DNA of 64,000 bases from the human T2T-CHM13v2.0 reference genome, Homo sapiens. The translations under genes and the position numbers were made by a program. Where the stretch lies: NCBI RefSeq assembly GCF_009914755.1, contig NC_060936.1, one strand, 5' to 3'. Below, one piece after another: positions 41,843-52,892 of the stretch (position 1 is the first letter of the stretch; each line of letters starts with the position of its first letter). The notes below the pieces were generated by a model. That model saw only the letters and a list, made by a program, of their open reading frames with translations, searched no databases and had not been told where the DNA came from.

Positions 41843-42759
41843 TTACCTGGTTCCCTTGGAAAACCAACAGGCATTTCCAAGTGCAGCCAGACTTGTGTCC
41901 CTTGGGATTTTCTCTCTGTTCATTTACTTTGCTGGAAAGGGCTCGCAAGAGGTTCTTGGGTTTGTCGTCTGATTGAACACGACTGTTCCACGTGGCTGCG
42001 ACTTTAGAACCATCAGCTCTGGGGCAGAAGACTTGCAGCTGATCTCCTCCCTGCAACCATCACTTCCCATTTTTTTGCCCAAGCCTCCTCTTCTGTGTGG
42101 TTCGGGACCATGAGAGAGCCCCTGGGTGAATGGGGGGCCTGAATTTCTCTCTATTCAGTTTCTTTGTAGTTTCCTGGGTGTGGTGGTATTGGTGGAGGAT
42201 CAGTGAGCTATTGGCGTTGGCCCAGAGTAAGAACCTCTCACCCAGGAAATAAATGGCTCATAAAATGGTGCCCTTTTCATCCATTCATTCATTCATTCAC
42301 TCAATCATTCGTTCATTCATCAACTATTTATTTGGTATTTATTCTGTGCCAGGCTATCATGTTAGATACACAAGAAAGACATGGCTTCTGTCCTCAAGGA
42401 ATCGCTATAGCCAGCAATTCTGGCATTGATCTTCTAGGATGATGATCTAGTCCAGGTCTTCCTGTTCAAAGAGAGAAGCATCTAGAAAACATGGAGTTTC
42501 TTGCAGAATCCCTTAGTTACTGACATATTCCATTGCTGATAACTAAACATGCAATTCAGGGTGGTCAGTTGTCTCTCCCACTTTCCCACGCTGGGGATCA
42601 TGATGGAAGGATACAGGCTATTATGGAAGCTGAATTATGTGCAATGGGGGCAGAGAAGAGGAGGATCCAACCATATTGGGAGCAGTTCGGGATGGGTCCT
42701 GGGGAGAGTGGACAGATACTCTGTTCCTGTCCCATGCAGGCCCTTCAGCATTTATTCAA

Positions 42760-42960
42760 TACAACGCAATGCTTAAGAGCATGGGCTCTGACATCAGACA
42801 AATGTGAGCTAAGCCCCTGCTTGATTACCTGCTAATGCATGAGGCTCAGTCTTCTCATCTGAGAAATGGGGATTAATTTTAGGATCTATTTTCCAGGGTA
42901 ACTCTGAGTATTAAACAATATCCTGAATGTAAAGAACTTAGCTGAAGTCTTGGGAATTTG
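42760..42960 (+). mobile_element. MIR
   Basis: TTAAGAGCATGGGCTCTG...CTCAGTCTTCTCATCTGAGAAATGGGGAT. Confidence 0.75.
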
Positions 42961-43299
42961 TTGTTATCATCCTTCACAAACTCTGGGGAGACTACCAGGA
43001 ATCAGAAAAGAGGAGCTTCAATCTGGACTGGTGTAATCAGGGAGGTCTCCTTGGAGGAAGTGACCTTTTGGTCTCTAAGCTTGGCAAGAACAGGGATGGT
43101 ATCCCTTTTCCGTCTTTCTGTATTCTTAGCACCTGGCATAAATCAGTCCTCAGCATATGCTTGTTGAGTGAATAGATGAGTGACTGACCAGGATCTTGAA
43201 GAAAGAATAGGAAATGCACGTGGAAGGGACTTTTCAGTATTTCTCTCTTCCCAGGGACTGTATTTATGAATGGAGTCATCTTTTCTATTTCTCCTTATT

Positions 43300-43620
43300 T
43301 TCCTTTTAATAAAGAGATTACAGCTTTTCATGGATATACCAAGACTATTCTGGTGTGGAGCTGCTTCACTTCCCCTGGTATGGGATGTGCCACTATTTAT
43401 TTAAATGACCCCCTGTTGTCAGACACTTAGCTTGTTTCCAATTTGTCATTGTTGTAAGTGATTCTGTGATGATCATCTCTGCACGTACATCTAATTATTT
43501 CCTTAGGTTAAATTCCTGGACAGAGTCTCATGGGTCACACAGTAGGTATGTGTAATGTCTTAAGATTTTGGACACACAGTGTTAGATCACCTTCTAGAGA
43601 GGCTGTGCCAGTTTCCCTTG
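43300..43620 (-). mobile_element. Old L1 (L1ME-like) fragment
   Basis: GACACTTAGCTTGTTTCCAATT...TTCCTTAGGTTAAATTCCTG. Confidence 0.55.
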
Positions 43621-44169
43621 CCACCTGCCTGTCAGCTCATCTGCTTGCTAATCTGCTGCCTGAGAGATGGGCTCTCACCATTTCTGTAGCACTTGTCACT
43701 GCCTTCCCTGCTTGGCCAAGTGGGAATCGTGGGGTGAGCTCGTCTCTCCATTCTTCAAGCCTGCTGGATATCTGTCGTGTCACGTTAGGATTACGTAAGT
43801 GTGAGGCTGAGAAATCTCCTTGGAGGAGAGAAACTCCCCAGATGTTGGAGTCAGTGCTGGAGTAGGGAAGAAGAGGTGCCCAGGGCATTGAGAGACTGGT
43901 TACATGGCATTGCCCCACCCCCTACCCCACTTCCCTGGTCTCCCGTGGAGGTAACTGATCCAATCTCTTCCTTCCCACCTCACATGCATAATAGAAATAA
44001 ACATTCTCTATGCTCTGCCTCCCACATCCCTTTTATAACTCTTGCCACACTTGTCACACTCCTGTCACGTTTTTCTATATCTCCACTGGCCGGTAGCTTG
44101 GAAGGGTGGAGTCTTAGTCATTTTGGTATCTCCAGCATCTGACATAGGATAACAATAAAAAATGAACAA

Positions 44170-44395
44170 AGTGAAGGTAATAATATAGTAGTAGCTAATG
44201 TGTTGGGCACCTACTATGTGCCAAGCCCTTTATATATTTTATCTCATTGAATAATTCCAAGAAACACATGTTGTACATATTATTATTAGTATCCTCATTT
44301 TACAGACAATGAGGCTAAGGCACAGCGAGGTAAAGTGACTCACCCAAGCTCACACAACCAGTGAGTGGAAAACGTGGGACTCAAAGCCAGCTCCC
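44170..44395 (-). mobile_element. MIR
   Basis: CCTCATTTTACAGACAATGAGGCTAAGGCACAG..AGGTAAAGTGACT. Confidence 0.85.
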
Positions 44396-45542
44396 TCTCA
44401 ATTATTCTGCTAGGTGCTTGGTGAGTGTCTTAGCCACTAAATGGGAAGCCAGCATTTCCTCTGCTCCCTCCTTTATACTAGCTTATTTCTAGGAGGTTTT
44501 GACAGTTATATGTCCACAGCAGAGATGAGGAATCTGATTTATTCATTTCCAGGGAAAAGCAAACTAGGGGCTTGAGAGGATCTTCTTGGAGGAGTGCTTT
44601 GAAAGACCTATCTGGAAATAGATCTCTCTCTCTTGACTTCCCCATCTCCAATCACACTGCCTGGGGTCACTCCTTTATGAATTCATTCATTTTCCATCAG
44701 AGCTTAAAGCTCCTTTTGAAAATGTAGATTCAATAAAGCTGGGGTGGCGGTGGGTAGAAAATGTAGAATCTTCCAGCAAATATCAGCCCCCTTCATCCTT
44801 AATACCTTACTGGTCATAAAGACATCTGAACTTTCTCCTCAAGCTGCTGTTCCTTACTCTTCTTTTCACTTGTTCAAATTCAGTCCAGCTCAGGTCCAAC
44901 CTCACCCCCAGGCAGGTTTTCCAGCCTCTCCCCTCTTATTCAGCCCTCTCCCTGCAGCAGCCACTCCAGTATTGCTCTTCTGAGGTGATGATCTATCCCA
45001 GGTTCCCCTAAAATTGTTCAAAGACAGCAGCATCTTGAAGATACAGGGTTCCTTGCAGAACCCCGTGAACTATGGTCGTATCTCATTTATGGTAACTAAA
45101 CATGCAATTTGGGATGGTGAGATGCCAGTAAGTTTTATGAGATTCCAGGAAGACAAAAGATACAAGCATCAAAAGTTCTAAGAATAATTTATTTATTCGA
45201 CATTGACCAGGCATCAGATTTGTTCTGGGCCGTGAGAACTCAGAAATACACAAGACTGAGCTGTGTTCTTGGAATGTCCAGTCTGATGGGGGAGCCAGTT
45301 ATAATGTAGGGTGGACACAGGGAGAAGGTGAGGTTCTGTTGTAGGAGTTCAGATGAGGAAAATGCAGTCAGCCTTCAATAAGTGTCAGCTGTTTATTTGT
45401 TACAGGCTAGAAACAGATTCAGATTCTGGAGAGGACTTGGGAGACGAAAGGTTCTACATGCTTACTTTATTCTTTTGGCCTAAGATTGTGTTTTGGTACT
45501 CACTGGCTTAACTGGGAAGCTGGCCTTAAGAGATACAGCTGT

Positions 45543-45879
<337 letters not shown>

Positions 45880-46149
45880 TTAGGCAAACCTAGCATACCC
45901 AGAGGAATGATTTCAGGACTGACTGATTTTCAGATTTCAGGGCAGATAATGCTATGGAGGTGATGGAAATGACATTAAGTCACTGCTGTAAGTGGGAATA
46001 TAATAATTTTCTAATGTGCTTTAAAGTAAAAATGTAACATCTAAACACTGAAAAAATAAACATCCTTAGAATACCTAACTTCATCTTTTGGATCTCAGCA
46101 CAATGTGTATCACTCATTGGAAGATACCTCTCTTCCATGATAAATAATA

Positions 46150-46410
46150 ATCACAATGGCCATGATAATGAATAAAGATGACAGACATGGGGCTGCCTAT
46201 GTGCCGGGCTCTGCTCTAAGTGCTTTAACGTATGTTAGCTAATGTGATCCTAACAACAACCATATAAGGAAGTGCTATCATTTGCTTTGCAGACAGAGAA
46301 CCTGAGGCAAAGGGAGGTTTAGTAACTTCCTCAAGGTCACACAGTTTGCATGTGGTAGAGTCAGATTTGAACACTGGCAGCCTAGCTCTAGAACCTGGCC
46401 TCTTAACAAT
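46150..46410 (-). mobile_element. MIR
   Basis: GAACCTGAGGCAAAGGGAGGTTTAGTAACTTCCTCAAGGTCACACAG. Confidence 0.85.
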
Positions 46411-47388
46411 TTCATTATGCCGTCTCTGCTGTTGCTGTCCTTTTCCTCTTACTTATGGTCACTTTGGGCTGGACGTTTTCACTGCATTCCTTGAGGATAG
46501 GAGTCTGGATAAGCACACAGTAGAAACTTAGTAAATGGTAGCTGTTATTCATCATTTAGAGTATACGAAACTCATTGCTATTCATTAGCTCAGTGAAACA
46601 TCCTGGCTGCTTCAGGAGATGAGCGGGGAAGGTATGGTGGTCCCATTTTATAGCTGAGGAGACTGAGGTTCGGAGCATGCCAGTGACATGCCAAGGTCCC
46701 AAACTGGGAAGTAGGGAGCTGAAATCAAACTCCAAGTATCAGAGAAGGCAAGTCCAAGTTCCCTTCCCCTGGCAGAGCCTTGCCTGGTAACGTGGAATTG
46801 ACTGATTAATAAATAAAACTTGTTGACTTGTCTTGAAAGCTTGCTTCGCCAAGTCCTACTGTGTCTTTTCCTAAGGAGGTTAGTGGGCTTCCCCACGACT
46901 GCCCTTTTCCTTGTGGGAAGGGATTTGTCAGTGCACATAGGCCGATCTCAGGGACCCAGCAATCCTTTCTCTCTCTGTCTCGTGTTCTTTCTCTTTCTCT
47001 TGCACGCCAATCTCTCTGTTTCGTTTACTTGTTCTATCTTTGACCGATTCCCTGTGATGAGTTGTGCTCCTGGAAAGCTGCCCTGTGACATTTCTTCCCT
47101 TTTGTGTCCCTGACAGTAGCATTTCCCTGGAGGCTCTTAAAGGAGAAGGAGGAGGGAGTGAGGAAGGCATGGACGCCCTAGCAGTGTCATCCAGCGACAA
47201 AGCCCAGTGTTCAGGCTAAAGCTTTGAGCATGTTTCCTTTCTCTTGTAGGGCACACACATGGTATTGTTCAGAACAGGTTGTAGTATGATTGAAGCACTG
47301 GGTTCTTTGTCTAAGAGGGAGCTCAGTCATGATTCCTAAAGCCGATTTGCTATGGGCTTCTTAATGTAGGGTCCCCTGGCAGACTTGC

Positions 47389-47904
47389 TATATTGGTTTC
47401 CTATGCTGCTGTAACAAATAACCACAAACTCTGTGGCTGAAGACAACATAGATTAATTATCTTACAGTCCTGGAGGTCAGAATTCCTTTAACCAAGGTGT
47501 CAGCAGTGGGGTTGTGTTCCTTCTGGAGGCTCTCAGGGAGACTCTTTTCCTCACCTTTTCCATTTTCTAGAGCCTGCCCACATTCCTTACCTGGTAGCTT
47601 CTTCCACCATCTTCAAGACCAGTAACAAAGCATCTTCATACCTCTCCCTACCTCTCTTTCTCTCTCTCCCCCTATACTTCCATCCACACCTTTCCTCTCT
47701 GACTCTGGCCCTCCAGCCTCCCTCCTATAAGGACCCTTGTGATTACGTTGGATTCACCCAAATAGCCCAGGATAATCTCCCCACCTCAAGATCCTCAACT
47801 TCATCACACTTGCAAAGTCCCACTTGCCACTTAAGGTAATCTATTAACCCCTTTTGGGGATGAAAATGTGGACATCTTTTGGGGCCATTATTTTGCCTAC
47901 CACA
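47389..47904 (-). mobile_element. MaLR LTR (MLT1C/D-like)
   Basis: Perfect TSD CTTGC (47384-47388 and 47905-47909); terminus ...ATTTTGCCTACCACA. Confidence 0.88.
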
Positions 47905-47949
47905 CTTGCTAAGTGAAATGGGCTATCTCAGTGCCCATTTCCTTGGGAG

Positions 47950-48440
47950 ACAGAAAAGCACAGAGGACCTTGAGATAAACTGTTCAGATTCACACCCCAT
48001 TCTCCCCCTCTTCCTGGCTGTGTTATCTTGGGCAAGTCACTTGAGCTCTCCATGTCTGATTTCCTCATCTTGAAAATGGGTAAATAGCACAACACAACCT
48101 CCTTTCACTGTTGTCAGTCATGAATAGTGCTGGGGAGATAAAGCATGGCACCTGGTAAATAGTAAGCACCTGCCCCCTGCAAAAGGAGAGATGATTAGGA
48201 ATTAGGAATGCCAGATAGCATAATGATCATAAATTCACAGGGTCTTGGTTCAAATTCCAGTCTCACCACTTATGAACTCAATGGCCTCAGGCTAGTTGCT
48301 TTAGGAGTCTCAGTTTCATAGAACAGAAATGAAACCATTATCATCCTGAAATGGGATTGTTGGGAGGATGAGATGATGCCGCTGCACATATACAAATTGT
48401 GCAGGAGGTAGTGGGTAGCATTTGTTGCTGTAGCTATTAC
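47950..48440 (+). mobile_element. Two tandem MIR relics
   Basis: Two copies of the MIR core (TTCCTCATCTTGAAAATGGG; CTCAGTTTCATAG). Confidence 0.65.
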
Positions 48441-49029
48441 TACCTTCATCATTTCCCATCCTCTTTGGGGTGATGGAAAGTCTTACTGGGCTGCCTCTGC
48501 TCCATAAAACAAGGGTAGAGCAAGGCAGCTTGCTGAATTGCGGCCTGAGGAATCTTCGCAATGTTCTATCATTGAATGAAGCCTCGAGAGAGTCAGACCC
48601 TGGCCGGGCTCAGCCTTGAGAAGTCTGGGTTTTGAGGTGTCTCCCTGCTGCAGTGCCACAGGCTGGTGGAGTTTACAGCAGCAGCTGGTTCTTTGAACAA
48701 AGGGTTCTCCAGAAGCACCCGGGACAGAAGAGGGGTTTGGCAGTGGTGACCAGGGAGGTGGGCAGGATGGGGCAAGGTCCCCTGACAAGACAAGGCTAGT
48801 TCCTAGATGGCATGGTGACCAGAGAGGGTGGAGAGCTCAGGTTTCAACCATATTATTATTTTTTAATTTTGGTGCAAAATCCTTGTTTCAATGAAGGCTT
48901 GGGCAGATGCCCAGTATGCAAAACAGTTAAAAGCACCACTAACTGTTCTAGTTGAAACCAGAGTGGAGGGTCAGTTGAGGCCTCTTTTCATTTCCACAGG
49001 GGCCTCTAGGGGGCCTGGTTTAGGAAAAA

Positions 49030-49275
49030 CTGACAGGGTCATGAAAACACAGGCTTTGGAGTCAGACAGACCTGAGATTTGCATCCCTGCCTCTGCTGCT
49101 CCCTGGTTGTGTGAGTTTGGGGGCTTCACATCATCTGTCTGCTTCTTGTCTGCAAATGGGGCAGTAATAGCACCCACTTCAGGTAGCTGTGAAGTGTGGG
49201 GATAATCACTGTAAAGTGCTTAGTACAATGCGTGACACATGGCAAGTGTCTAGGTATGCAGCAGGTGGTAGCTAT
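49030..49275 (+). mobile_element. MIR
   Basis: GGCTTTGGAGTCAGACAGACCTG...TGTAAAGTGCTTAGTACAATG. Confidence 0.8.
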
Positions 49276-49478
49276 TGTCATTCCCTAAGGGAGAGCTGAA
49301 TTCATGAGAGGCCCTCCCAGAATACATGCCTAATGGCTGGGGAAGCTGTGAGAAATTCTTTGGGATTGGAAGCCAAGAGGCCTGGGAACTACTTGGGTTC
49401 TGATTCCACCACCAGCATCCTAAATGACTTTCATTTCTCCCTGGGCTTCTTGAATCACTCTTCAAATGTTTATTGAGG

Positions 49479-49775
49479 CAGCCAGGTGTGGTGGCTCACA
49501 CCTGTAATCCCAGCACTTTGGGAGGTCGACGTGGGCAGGTCGCTTGAGGTCAGGAGTTCGAGACCAGCCTGACCAACATGGCGAAACCCCGTCTCTACTA
49601 AAAATACAAAAATTAGCCAGGCGTGGGGCGCATACCTGTAGTCCCAGCTATTTGCATGGTTGAGGCATGAGAACGTCTTGAATCCAGGAGGTGGAGGTTG
49701 CGGTTAGGCGAGATCTCACCACTGCACTCCAGCCTGTGTGACAGAGCAAGACTCTGTCTCAAATAAAACAAACGA
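49479..49775 (+). mobile_element. Alu (AluS-like)
   Basis: Full dimer; TSD TGTTTATTGAGG. Confidence 0.94.
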
Positions 49776-50274
49776 TATTGTTTATTGAGGGTTTCCTATG
49801 TGCCTGGGACTGCCCTAGGCAATAGACCACAGGTCCTGGCATCTGAAAGGCTTGCATTCTATACTCAACTCTGCTACTTCCTAGCTCTTTGATTATGGAC
49901 AAGTCAATTCTCGTCTCTGGTCCCGAGTTTCTCCATCTGTAAATTGAGGACACTGAATTTATGTCACAGGATCATCCCAGAAAATATTCGATGAAAATTT
50001 TCCCCTCAAACTTGTAGAATGCATTTGAAATGAACTCTGAGAGACATCCTGGAGCATGTTCTTTGGAATCATACGACACTGAGTTTGAATGCTGTGTCTG
50101 TAACTTACTGTGAAGCCTTGAGCAAGGAATTTTATTTCTTGAGTCTAAGTTTTCTCATTTGCAAGATGGGAATAATACTAGTGTCCTGAAAGGGTCATGG
50201 TGAGGACTTCAGAAGATGATACATGTAAAGTTCCTAGCAGAAGAGCTGGCACATAGTAGGTTTTCAATAGCAGC

Positions 50275-50419
50275 CATCATTGCCACCACCACCACCACCA
50301 CCATAATCATCACCATCAACATCATCAGCATAATCATTGTCAATCAACACCATCACTATAATCATCACTATGATTACCATCATGATGACAATTACTACCA
50401 CCACCACCACCACCACCAC
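50275..50419 (+). repeat. Degenerate (CAC/CAT)n trinucleotide repeat at a MIR tail
   Basis: Read directly; follows a MIR at ~50050-50270. Confidence 0.9.
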
Positions 50420-50662
50420 TGAGGCAGGTGGTTCATTTGAGGCGAGGAGTTCAAGACCAGCTGGGGCAATATAGTGAGACCCATCTCTGCAAAAAAAAAA
50501 AAAAAAAAAAAATTAGCAGGGTATATTCGTGTGCACCTTGAGTCCTAGCTACTGGACAGGCTGGGGTGGGAGGATCACTTAAGCCCAGGAGTTCAAGGTT
50601 TCAGTGAGCTATGATTGCACCACTGCGCTCCAGCTTGGGTGACAGAGTGAGACACTGTCTTT
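50420..50662 (+). mobile_element. 5'-truncated AluJ-like
   Basis: Partial left arm, long central A-tract and right arm; the residual tail is displaced to ~50975. Confidence 0.88.
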
Positions 50663-50960
<298 letters not shown>

Positions 50961-52099
50961 GAGACACTGTCTTTAAAAAATTGTTTTTTAAATGAGCTCT
51001 AAATGTTCTCATTTTAACTCCTGGGTCTCATGGGGAGAAGTAAGTGACAAATGTAGTAGTTAACCCTGGGCCATCTGGATGGGAAGCTTTAGATATGAGT
51101 CTCCAATAGAGAGAGTTCTCCTTCACTTTGCAGAGAAGTTCTAAGCAGATCTTGGTCTGTTTGAGATTTCCTGGCCTTTTTCCAATTTGAGCCCTTTCCC
51201 AAAGTTAGGAGGAATAGGACTCTTGAGATATGGAGCACTGGGAGCCATGGGAATCCATTCATCTTTATATATTTCCCCTTTTGATACTTTTATTTCATTG
51301 TCCATATAGTGAATTCACTTCAGAAAGCCAGTCTGGATCTTTCGGGGAAGGCTCTTTGGCCAAGGCTCAATGGTCTGATTTAGACCTAAAATTTCCCTTC
51401 ATTCTACTCAAACCACCTGCTGAAGGGTGAGGTTGGCACATGCCATCCTAGCTGGGCTGTCAATTCCTTTATCACTCTGTCCAAACATTTGTGTTTTAGG
51501 ACAGGTTATGGACCATGAAATCATGGCAGTTCACAGCTTGGGTATTCTTATTGTTGCATTTTAACCTCTTGCTTCCTATCTTTAGGAAAAATAAGGTCAT
51601 TATGTTATCATTTTCACAGATGGGACTTGGAAACATTAAATGACTTTTCCAGAGTTGTAAGGGGGCTGGATCTGACTTCCAGAAAACCATCAAGTGCTTA
51701 TTCAACTAAGCCACCCTGCCCCTTAGAAATTTCCATTTCTTAAGCCTCAGCTTTTCTGCTCTGAATTCTGAGAAACTCCAGGTACAGGTCAAAAATCTGC
51801 AGCAATGGGGGTGAGGACAGGTCATCTGGGCGAAACTTTGAGGGGCAAAACCACTTAGGGAGCCCCCCACACCGGTGCCAAGCTCTTGTCTGAGCAGAGA
51901 GGAGCAATGCAGGACTGGGGGCGTGTGGGAGACAGGGGCTGTGAAGTTATAGTTCCTTTGCTCTGAGAGTGAGCGACAGTATTAGAAAAAGTGTGTGGTA
52001 GGTAAGCTGTCACTGACTAGACTGTGTGATGTCGAGAAGTCCCGTCCCCCACCCCTCCGGACTCCCCCCTTCTCTGCTTTAACCATCCAATTACTTAAC

Positions 52100-52467
52100 T
52101 TCTCTGCCTAGGGGTTCGCTTCCCACCCATCCCCTCCTCCAAGGCATCTTAGCGCTGTCCGTGGTGCTGACCGCCAATCCCCTGGTTGCCGTTTCGACCA
52201 GCTGGGATCTCTGGTGCGCCCAACCTCCCCTCCCGGCCTCCCACCTTTCTTTCTCCAGGCACCGCACACATAAATCACGGGTGGGAGGCAGGCTTGGTTC
52301 CCGCTTGGTTCCCCCTGCACTGGGAAGCTGCCGCCCCGCTTCCCTTGCTCACACAGGGCTTTGCAGTAGTGGTGGCAGCCGCGGCAGAAACTGGCTCTGG
52401 GGAAGCAATTGATTCGTCTACTGCCAGCAGCCCGGAGTTGCCTACGCGGACTGGAAAGGAAGGGAGA

Positions 52468-52470
<3 letters not shown>
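52100..52470 (+). promoter_or_regulatory. RPH3A: CpG-enriched proximal promoter, probably of RPH3A
   Basis: Local rise in CpG density in an otherwise CpG-poor window. Contains RE1 (52151-52171), CCAAT (52174-52178), TATA-like CATAAAT (52269-52275) and a GC box CCGCCC (52331-52336), just upstream of a spliced exon. Gene identity is from recall of the 5'UTR, not from a search. Confidence 0.7.
52151..52171 (-). promoter_or_regulatory. RE1/NRSE (REST binding site)
   Basis: The reverse complement GTCAGCACCACGGACAGCGCT matches the canonical TTCAGCACCACGGACAGCGCC at 19/21, with both half-sites and the 2-nt spacer intact. Confidence 0.93.
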
Positions 52471-52536
<66 letters not shown>

Positions 52537-52641
52537 CACAGAGCTAAAACCTTCATCCATGTGGAGGACAGTCTGAGGGAGCCACTGTCCCTTGTCCACT
52601 GACTCACTGGCTGGTCCGAGTTTTCTCCGCTTCTGGCAGTG
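52380..52641 (+). other. RPH3A: Putative non-coding first exon (5'UTR) containing (GA)32; TSS and donor approximate
   Basis: Lies between the promoter motifs and the acceptor at 52771. Best candidate donor is GTG|GTATTT at 52641/52642; an alternative is CTG|GTCCGA at 52613/52614. Confidence 0.45.
52471..52534 (+). repeat. (GA)32 perfect microsatellite
   Basis: Uninterrupted GA run read directly. Confidence 0.97.
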
Positions 52642-52771
52642 GTATTTCTTTTTGTCTTGGTCCTGCATGATTTAGGGGTAGTTGATGTGTCTGTGTGTCT
52701 ACGTGTGTGCACTGGTGCTTTGATTTTATTTTGGGAAGAGTAGGAGAGTCAAATGAACAATTTTCTTTCAG

Positions 52772-52892
52772 GCACCTCCGCTGAGCTTTTAAACCAAGTC
52801 ATTGGGACTTAGCGTCTTTCTACCCGGCAGGGAAGGGAGGAGTTGGCAAGAATTTGGCTCACCCATTCCCCCTGCAAGCCTCCAGCGTCGCG
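52772..52892 (+). other. RPH3A: 121-nt non-coding 5'UTR exon
   Basis: Acceptor TTTTCTTTCAG|G at 52771/52772 and strong donor GCG|GTAAGT at 52892/52893, with no ATG inside. Length and sequence agree with my recollection of the shared RPH3A 5'UTR exon. Confidence 0.7.

Noticed and set aside
50216-50422. His/Thr-rich ORF
   Set aside because: It is a translation of a (CAC/CAT)n repeat at a MIR tail.
52108-52668. 186-aa minus-strand ORF (poly-SL) and overlapping 138-aa plus-strand ORF (poly-RE)
   Set aside because: Both are open partly because the GA repeat has no stops. The plus ORF starts at a non-ATG codon, and neither resembles a known protein.
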